Below are positions 49,545 to 64,000 of a stretch of DNA of 64,000 bases, piece by piece. The position numbers and the translations under genes are program-made. Source of the DNA: Raillietiella orientalis (Eukaryota); the NCBI GenBank assembly GCA_036172245.1, contig JAYWIR010000001.1:8184001-8248000 (forward strand). The letters run 5' to 3'. The stretch's first letter is position 1. Each line of letters opens with the position of its first letter. The notes under the pieces are model-generated. The model did not search any database. It saw only the letters and a list, made by a program, of their open reading frames with translations, and was not told where the DNA came from.

Positions 49545-51249
49545 ATATTCGAGCATGAAAAGTATCACTTTGCTTTTTGAGTTTCAACTTTTTGAAGTTG
49601 GAACGCAGATTTCGTAAGTTCCCAGACCAATAGGACGGAAACAATTTAGTAACTCGAGCAGATTGCGAATTAAAAAAAAAATCCTGACTGCAAAAAACTA
49701 ACTAGAGTTGGTAATTTATGTATCCATACGAAATGTTTACTCAGAGCTGAATCACAATGAACGGAATCGTTTAATTTGGGGGAAAAGTAAGCTGATGGTG
49801 TACATATTGGGAGCACGTTCCCAATGAGTCCATTTTACAGAAGGTACCACTTAGGAAAAAAAGGAAATTGATGACTACCGAGTCTTTTCACGGTTGGCCA
49901 CGTGGAGCTTTTCGTCGTAAGGAAAGTGCAGCATCAAATGTGGTTCTGGATCTGCAAATTGATTTCAGCTTTAAATATACGAGAACACTGTCTGAGGAAA
50001 ACGAGCATGGCATAGCAAATAGAAAATTTGAAGGAAAACAACCAAGACGGTGGAAAAAGTGGAACATTCATGTCAGTTCTCATTATGTAATGCAAATTAA
50101 GTCTTTTCCGATAACACTGAAAGAAAATGATTACCACGGAGGTCAGGGTCATGGAGGTGGTTACCCGTATGATAATTTAACCAACGCATCTACCATGAAG
50201 CAAATGTGAACAATCCACAAGCATCCACGTGGTGCAGCTAACTAGAACTGAATGCAAAAAGTTCCTAGTGCTATCGATACTGTCTGTCTCTCTTTCAGGG
50301 GAATAGTTTGGCATTTTCGGTTCCAATGTAAGGTTCTTCAAAATAACAATCAGGCATCTTGGCAAAGCAATTAAGGTGAGAAATGGAAACAGCATTAATC
50401 GATATGCACTCAACTCTCTAGGTGAGCTTTTGTACTCCAAATCCACCACTTGTCTGCATAGCCGAACGTACAGTTCAAAGGCGAGAATTTGTATTTGTCA
50501 ATAGTCCTCGATTGTGAAGGATGCTTATCACAAATTGGAAGTTCGTCATTCATCTTTTCTCTCACTGATCTTTGGATAATGTAATGCAAAAACGAGCAAA
50601 CGTTGCAAACTTCTGAATCTAAACGGAAAGTGCCCAGTTTGTTATCCGCCAATAATTCATTTCTTATTCTTATGTGGCTAACAATTTCGGAAACAGTAAA
50701 TGTGAAAACCAGCAAAGGTGCCAGATCTTACGGCTAATAAAAAAACGTCTAAATAATGCATTGAGAAAATTATTAACGCTATCGAGCAACTACATAATTA
50801 TGACATGCAATGTTATATTAGTACAGATGGAAACAAACGCCCTTACAAAATGCAGTGCAAAGAACACAGCTACCATTACAAAATGGATAGAATGTGGTAA
50901 CCATAAGCTGGATGGAGTGATTAAACCAGCGAATCGATTGTATACGTAAAATGAAAAGTAAATTTTAATGCACAAGAAGTACTCATTATAAGTGAACGAT
51001 AGCCTCAGCGTGGTCTTTTCAAGTTTGGTATTTCGTAGAATCTTCTGTTTAGGAAGTAGTAGTTTCACGTGTTTAGCTCGTTGAAAACACCGTTGTCCAG
51101 CATTGGCTAAAGCATGATGAACGAGTTACGTTAGTGTTTTCCCATTAAGTTTTTATTGCAGGTGTATGGTTAAGTGCGAATTTTTATTAAATACGAACGA
51201 AAGAGAACCTGTTTCTTGAAAAGCTGTACTTCTGCCATGAAATATATCT

Positions 51250-52860
51250 TCATCTTTGCACTGCGTCAAAATCATAATTTCTGGATTCTCTAAAGCAGTT
51301 TGCGTTCTTTCGTAAGGGTCTGATTCATCTTGCTGGAATTTTTCTCTGCATGTTTAGGAGGTGAACTGATATCTGTTCCGGCTAGGGATGGATTTTATTT
51401 GGGGTTCTGCTCTTAATTTTCCAAAAAATGTAGGACAAAAGGGAGTAGAGGTCCGCAACGATCACCTCTGAATGATTTGTACATAGTATTCACTACTTCA
51501 TTTGAAGCAGTTTCTTTTCAATTCGATAGGGGTTTTTCACATGCCCATCACAAGTCTCGTTTTCTTGCATGCATCTCCTGACACTCAAGCACTTCAACAG
51601 TCTCGTGTTACAAGCTTTCCTAATTTCATCATAATTTAGTTTTTTTATTATGATGTGTGTTTTCCCGCGAACACTTGGAATCTTATTGGATTATCTCAAA
51701 TTCCAGGATACAGCATATATACGACTTTTAGCACCATAGCCTAGAACAGGTGAACATGCCTCGACAGTCGGTGGTCTAAGCCAATTGTGTGATGGTGGCT
51801 GTGAACTCGAGCATTAGAATATCATTAGGATACACCAGCAGCATAAGCACTCTGCATCCCGATAATCAGGCATGGACGGAATAAGGTAACCATAAGCCCT
51901 TGCACAGAAGTGGAACACGTGGAAGATGTAACGACTGGTCTAATAAGGGATGAGTTCAAAGTACGATCCTTTCGGAGGCAGGAAGCAAATGTTGCAGTTC
52001 TGATATTATTGAGTAAAATTTTTCCTCTGATGATAATGCAAGAAAAACAGCCGTACCTGTACATGTCTCTACTTTTGACTACTGATTTGGAATTAGGACA
52101 TTTAAGTGAAGGTGATGACATGCCAAATACCAAAGTGGTGCAAGTTTTTTTACCATGTAAAAATGCATTCGATACGTTTGTTGCGATCTGTGTGCCATCG
52201 AGAGCTCTCTTGCCCCTGGAGGAAGGCATACTTACTAATAAATCAACCTTCCATGACATACTAAGGTTTTATAGCATCACCTTAGATGGATTCACTTTAT
52301 GTTTTCTTGTACAGATTTTTGGGATTTCCGGGAGTTTGCCTTGATGTCCTGGCCGAGTTTGGGAAGCTGATCAATTCTTTCCGCTGAAATTGCTGCTGAA
52401 TGGAGAATCGCTTAACCCTACGGTTTGAGAAATGCGTCAGCTGCAAAAAGACATCATGGGATGCCATTTTCCATGATCCTCTCCTGCACATGATGAACAA
52501 AAAAATTTCGAACTTCATTCCAAGCAGTAGATGAGTTATCCGGACCTCACATCAATTTTCGAGTTCATCAGTGATTTTTCCCGCTACGTTGCTGCCAGGC
52601 AACTGACCCCTTATTGAATGAACACGATTTCTTGTAAGCGGGTCTTTCGGTCGCTTTCCCTTCTAAGAAGCAAAGAAAAATTCTTCTGACCAGTTCCGAA
52701 AGCGATCGGAAAATGATGTCGCTTCGTGTGGTCACTTTAGGGAATACTGCGATAATGTTCACCGTGTTATGCCACAACTCGGCACGTTACATCATCTGTG
52801 AGGCCCAAACCTAATACGCACTTCTTTTAGTAGACATACCAGGCGCAGCACTCTTGTTCA
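51250..52860 (-). mobile_element. Degenerate CR1/L2-type LINE RT remnant
   Basis: KSAAPG (KAxGPD), WHNTVNIIAVFPK..IIFRSLS (WKxAxVxPxxK..YRPIS), LHGKKTC (LNxxKC), LRPPTVEACSPVL (VRPxLEYxSxVW) and FEIIQ, in the correct order. Confidence 0.5.
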
Positions 52861-53699
52861 CAGGAATGTTACTTTTAAAAACAAATTAAGTCTCACAGAG
52901 CTCTTCAGAACTTATCGCTGCTTTTCGAAAGGGGGTTGCTGGAGATGTGAATGATGAGCGCTTGTGGATTTGGAATTCTTTTTCCATCCAGGCATCGCAA
53001 CGGCACTATCCATGCAAATATTCACAAATCTATTAATAAAAAAAAAAAAAAACCGCAAGGATATAGATGGTAAACTGAAATCCCAGTTTTGTTTTTCTTT
53101 GTCTTTCGAAGATTCTTGCAAGAAAAAAGACTGCCCCGTTATTTCTCCTTTTTCAGTTCGCATAGATGAATGTTGGGGAGTGTACTTTGAAGCCATCCAC
53201 TCGATCCGAACTCATTTTCCGCGGATCTCTCCATCAGACGCTCCTCAGTTTTTACGTCACCAATCCATCCACACTGATCGTCTCATCCGGCAACCGCACC
53301 TTACCGTGTTCCTAGAACGCGTCTTCGCCGGAGATTTTCATAACAGTTGCCAGGCAAGCCTCAAAATCACCTGCTTCGAGGGCAGGTGCACCCTCCCGCC
53401 AGCCATCAACCCTATCAACAGATACTTTGCCTCTTACTCTGCCTCCTGCTATTGCTTTCGGAATCTGCATCTTCGATTGAATTATCTCACGGATCGCTTC
53501 CAAGCAATGTGTCTACGCCACTCATCGACTGCTCGCAAGCGCTATACAAATGAATCCCGAGTTCCAAGATGAGACAGGGGACCAACTGAGTTGCTTGTAA
53601 GCAACGATCAAGAGAACACATCCCAAACGAGTAAAAATCCGTCTTCGATGGAGCCGGTTGTCTTATTACTAAGTTGGCCCACTCGCACTGACCACATCG

Positions 53700-54400
53700 G
53701 GCGAAGATGATTACAAACGCAACATTTGGGCTATGTCGACCTTTGCGTGTCGGATGTTATCCATGCTATTCAACTCGACCTAAGATGCGTGGTGGTCACA
53801 TTATCTGCCTTAAACCCTAATCACTTTCTTCGCGGTGGCATTGCTACTCGTCCTGATTCGTAGCCTCCAATCACGTATTCTGCACATGAGGAAATCTTCG
53901 AATGAATTGGAAACCGCGTGGAACCCTCTGCGTATGCCTTCGAAATTTTGAAGTGTCTTAAACAGACACAGCTTCCGTTGCATTAAAACGGCCACACACG
54001 GTAACGGGGGATCTAAGTAATTCATGTTGGTAATACATCCGCAGAAACACGACAGATGGACGAAAGCTATACGGATCAGAGCAAGATAAAAAATGCCTTT
54101 CCACGGTGATAATGTGGACTTTCTCGAAACAGAAGGGCACCATATCCGGGTTTACAGTCAAGCACCGAGACATCAGTTTTCATCCCAGATACGCTTGGCT
54201 TGAACATTCGGTTTCTAAATGAGCGCCACTTTCGAGAAGACCAGTTGATACCCTCCCGGGATTCACCAAAAAGTCGATCAACAGCCTTCGAGTTTTCGAG
54301 CGTGGTGGTCCGGGAAAGCATCCTCTTCCGAAAATGCTGACTATCACGAATGGGGCTGTTCGAAGCCGAACAGTGATGCACTCGCTTCAGTCAAGAGAGG
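53700..54400 (-). mobile_element. Second LINE RT remnant
   Basis: GIRRGFHAVSN..L..IRDWRL (DxxKAFDxVxH..L-like) near 53860-53945; weak. Confidence 0.25.
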
Positions 54401-55298
54401 TTTCAGTCTGTGCGCGATGTTCTTGCGAACGGACGCAGCGCCTCGAACCCTGCTGACCTTTGGAAAAGTGAGGGCATTTCGCCGATGAGGATAAGGAAGG
54501 TCGTCCTTTCGGTAATAAGAATTTTGGATTGGTGACGATCGAATATTGCTTTGCACCCAACGCCGGGGTCAGCCGTGTCTCGGGCCAGTTTTGTTTTCCA
54601 ACAGGTCCGTGACGCGTCCCCCACTTCATGTTACAGGAGTGCAGCCAAGTCCGCGGCCGGTATGTATGAAAACTGCGAAAAGTACAGGAAAAACTTCCCT
54701 ACTCCTCTTGTAGATGGTCAGTTCACCAAGCTCTCCCATTTGAAGGAAACGCGGGCAAAACCACATGACCTCGCTCTGCGAAATGGATGTCGAATTCATT
54801 AGGCACGTCAAACGAGTCCTCGGAATGCACTAACAGAAGACACGAGCAACTCCTTTACGAATTTCCTGCAGATCAAGGTAAGCATTCAAGCACCACCATC
54901 GACATCCCCCGGGGCAGTGCACCTTGAGACGCAGAACTGAATGTTTCCTATATGGCAGCAGCAGCAGCTGCATTGATTAGTATCTTCAAATCCACAGTAT
55001 TTACTGGAGCTCAATCCATCGACTCGACATCTTTGGGACTGAAATGGCATTGTTCTTTTAGGAGTGGCTAAATGAGCAGCAGTTTCTTTTTTGTACGAAG
55101 CAGTTATATTCTTAACGCAGTCATCACTGTCGTCTACTTGACTCCCGGATTGCGCAAGGAAACATTCCTTCTGCTATTTTCGCAAATGGGGAGCCGTACT
55201 TGGCGGACGCAAATGCGCATATGAGGAATTTTCGGTTGCCGGCACTCAGAAGATTCCTAGGGACATCCATCAGATCTGCAAGAGCATGGATACGGTTG

Positions 55299-59995
<4,697 letters not shown>

Positions 59996-62900
59996 CTGAA
60001 ACACAACGGGGATACACACAATAGGAGATGCACAAATCGGAAAGGCGGGGAGACCTCGGCTCTGCTTGCAACCCTTGCCATCACGCCCGACTCGGATTCT
60101 GAGGGCACCACCCCTTTTGCACACTCTTGCCAAAGAGCACCTCAAGCCACTCGCGGTGGTCGGTTGCCGCGATGGCTTCTGCCAAACCCACCGACACAGT
60201 TTCCTCATGCTGAACGTCTGCTGAGGAAAAGCTTTGAAATACCCGCCGGTTGCGCAGGCATTCGAACTCGAGGAAAAAATTCTACCATACGAATCTTCAT
60301 AAAGAAAGAAATCTTCATAAAGAATCGATAGGCGTTCGGGAGCATAATGCCCAATGACACCTAACGATGTGGAAAACAAAAATACATCGAAAATCATCCT
60401 ATTCTCAATGAGATGTTCAATGTATCGTAAATCATCTGTTCCCTTGGAATGTTTCTGAAGCACTCCAATTTTCTGAAAATTTCAAGCACTTTGTCAGTAT
60501 GCATTTTAAATGGAATTATGTGGATGCCGGCAATGACAAACCAGACATTTGCAATCAACCAACCAACCGAAAAGCACAGAGTGGTCTTAATTCCATAAAG
60601 TCAAGGGAAGAACAATGTGTAACAATCCCAAATGAGTGAAAAGAACCGCAGATCCACATCACAAAGGATGTGTGCATCATCACAAGGTCAAACACTTTCC
60701 AAGTTCTCAGATGCACATCAATGTTTGCATCACAACAATAATTACGCCACTCTTGGGTTCCTTAAATGTCAGAAAGAGATTTGCTCAGCAGCATAGGATA
60801 CAAATTTCCCAAAACAATCTACCATGAGGATTTCATGTCCAAACTCATAACCACATGATACACAGCTAAGAAAACTCAATGTAAACGAAAGTGGCATAAA
60901 TGGAGGAATATAACCACACAAAAATGGCATTTTCAGTTGCCCAGATACAGATATCAAAACAAAATTGCACTAAAGTTCCTGAAGAACATTAAATTATATC
61001 ATCATCACATGACTGACATGCTTTTGGAGAGAGGGGACACTAAGGAGTTCTGGAATGCCTGCTTTATATGAGATAATATCAAAAGCAAATGATCTGTATC
61101 TGCAATGTTTTCAAAACCATAGCAAATTTTTTTTTTTTTTTTTTAAAAAAAATTACATACACTTTATTTTCCGGTTCAGATTCTCCAAAATTGTTATTCA
61201 CAGAAACAATCATGGATCTTTCCTTCAGGAACGAAAATCCCCAACAAATGCTGTACAGCTTGGCAAATAAGCAATAACTCCTGATTTAGGGAAGGCATGT
61301 TACCACTGGTACTCATAAAAAACGCATAAATATCGAAGCAGGTAAATTACAACACACATGCATGCTGGCTTGCACTGGTTACAATGATGGATGAACGCTT
61401 AGTATGTATAGATGGTTGCACATGAGAAACACAAACATTTACCGCAAAGAGTAACTCTAATTTCAACTTTCTACGGCCACTAATTCGACAGAGCTATGGC
61501 GAATTCTACCTCCTCCACCGAGTGCAACTGGAACAGACAACTGCAAGCTCACTGCAAAACCATGACGTGGGGTGAGGCTGCATCTAAAGTGCAGCAGTGC
61601 AAATTCCTGTTCACACCTTTTCCAAACGCAAATGGATCGAATGTTCAACCGCTATGGAGCTGCAACGGCTGTGCATTTTAACAAACTCAAAGCAACTTAA
61701 AAATGGTAAATAATGTGAGTGAGTGCCATGCTTTGGTTTCCTGAAAATTGCTTTGCAAACTGCACTAATGAGTTACATGCTACACACGTTCAAAAATGCA
61801 GGGCTACCGTCGCAAGGAATTTTGCTCCCGTGCACATGGAATTTGGGGGGAAAATTTTTTTTTATTCTATTAGAAAAACACCAACTTACTTCTGAGTATG
61901 CCATGGCAATGTTCGCAGTGCGCCAAGTCGAACCGATTCCTGCAAACTGCGGGGATTATCAAACAGTTTGCCCTTTATCAACGCCCTACCACAGGCTTTC
62001 AGAATTCGACACGGAGATGCTCACCATACCAAAGGGAGAAAATTCCGAGGCGATAGCACCTATCTCATCGGATGAGGGAATTTTTTTTTTTTTCTTCTTC
62101 TTTTTATTTTCCCGGCGATGGCTGGTGACAGGTGAATGCCAGCTGATGGCCGGCTCCAAAAAAATTCAAGATGATGTCAGAATGATTCATAAACTCGTCT
62201 TGCTCCTAAATTGGAAAGTTTTGAAATGGACACTGATTGCAATTTCCAATTCCAATCGCAATTCCAAGTCCGTCGGGCAGAGCCAACACGACGGTTTTTC
62301 ACAGGAATAGAGGAACCGCCAACAGTGACTCCAAGTGATGAAATGCAAAATGCCTTCGAGGAGCGACTTTGCCACACTCTCCCCCCGCCCCAGGCCACCC
62401 CCCAAAAACACCGTGCAACTTGATCTGATAAAAAGTTGACGAGAGACGAAACAAAACGCAACTTGGGAAACCTTAGTCGTTCCAGAAACAAGGCGTGCAC
62501 CCGAGAGGAGGGAAGAACCGATGACCGCAGGAAAAAATCATCACGGAGCACTTCGATCAATGCAGCTCTACTCAGATCAATCAATTAAATTTCGATCCCG
62601 GAAGTGAAGAAAGCTATCGAGCATGAATACTCAAGGAAAAACCTGTTACTGGATTTGTAGGTCAGAAGAATTCTATCGGTGGGTTTGACTGTTAGGGCTT
62701 TCTATTTGGTGAAGTTGAGTACGAAAGCACGTTATAATTACTGTTAGACAGGGACACAATTCTAAAATAAATCCACCTTCTTATGATGGGATGGGAAGAA
62801 ACGATCGATTCCTTATGAGCTGCTGTTTTCAATTGTGCAGCGAATGGAATTACGCTGATACAGATGTTTCGGATAGAGGTCAAAGACTGGGTCACGACAC

Positions 62901-64000
62901 TTAAATGGACTGCTCGGTGTTCGCGAGAAAGGTAAAAAATAGTGGGATCATCGATTTCATATGAAAATTTACAAAAACTCAACCAAAAGAACAAGGCTGC
63001 TGCGTTCTTCCGTCCCTCTTCCGAAGGGGAGGCTCTTTAGGCTTTCTGTGCTCGTCTTCTCCCTTCTCTTTTGAGCTTTCATTGATGGAAAAACGAAGGT
63101 CAAAGAAACGAGGAAAGTAAAGCCATCTTGTACATAATGGAGAAGAGCATAAAGATTTATTCAAAATAGACAGGCTGATCATGTTTTGATTGGACGAAGG
63201 CATGTGTCTTATCATCGGTTGAGTACAAAAGCAAAAATGAAGACTTTCGATTTCAATGTGACTTTCCACTTTCAAGCGTAATGAAAAAGCTGATTGCAAA
63301 GAAAGAAAGAAGAAAGAATTTTAGGGAACCTCAGCACCCGTTTTGAAGCGCAGGAAGGACAAGGACGTTCGAAAGCACAGATGGCGTTCCAGGCGAATGT
63401 TCCAATCATTGCACCTCGTAGAAAAAGAACAAAGTGTTTGGTCAACACACGTATAAGTCCCCACCACTGCTCTTCCCATCTTTCACACATAAAAACAGGC
63501 AAACCCATCCGAGTGTTTGCCTGTTTCGAGACTGTGCCTGCTCAGCTCACAGCTGCGGCAATCCGATTTTGTGTGGAGTTCACTAGGAAAAGTAGCCGAA
63601 GCCAAAGACGTCTCTCGTTGAACGAAAGTTGCGCAGTCCTTAGGGTGAATGACTTAACAGTTATTCACCGACCGATGCCTTAAGCACTTCCATGCTGAGA
63701 GGAAATGTTGGAAAGAAGGAATCGTAATACAAGTATTTCTTGGTCGGGTCATGACATTCTCGCATGTCGGATTTTCCTGAGAAGACCGTAGGAGAACCGC
63801 GGGCACCGCCGTGCCTCCGTCAATATTGACGCAACGACAGTATGGCGTTCGGTGTTGCATTCGTGTTCAGATAGGTCGCTGTGGCACGCGTCACGTTCAC
63901 TGCGATGAGAAAGGCAATGGCAAGCCATCGTGTACGGAGATCCTCGCATGAGTAGCGGCAAACACCGGGAATAACCGTATCTTCGTTAGAACAGTTACCA

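Noticed and set aside
52964..53572. 202-aa ORF
   Set aside because: It runs through an A homopolymer, has no motif, and lies within repeat debris.
60000..64000. Possible ALDH 5' exon(s) or another gene
   Set aside because: No coding or splice pattern I could support from sequence alone.

Overview
Eukaryotic (invertebrate animal, probably panarthropod) genomic DNA; nearly all ORFs in the six-frame track are shadow ORFs. Three zones. (1) 1-28 kb is a GC-rich graveyard of degenerate retroelements. It holds at least 8 fragments of one L1/Tx1-like LINE family sharing a C-terminal peptide and a conserved 3'-end motif, plus CR1/L2/Jockey-type, Penelope-like and Gypsy-like remnants, and a cathepsin L-like pseudogene truncated by one LINE copy. 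From about 11.5 to 27 kb every fragment I could orient lies on the minus strand. (2) 29.1-49.0 kb (+) is an AT-rich, intact 25-exon receptor tyrosine phosphatase gene of the Ptp69D/CLR-1 type (2 Ig, 3 FN3, Cys-containing membrane-proximal region, TM, 2 PTP domains). (3) 51-60 kb has LINE debris and a convergent, intact class-3 (fatty) aldehyde dehydrogenase gene (-) with very short introns and a C-terminal membrane anchor. Exon boundaries were read by hand from GT/AG sites and reading frame. TE boundaries are approximate and family calls rest on degenerate motifs. No clearly novel system was established; the best leads are listed as findings.
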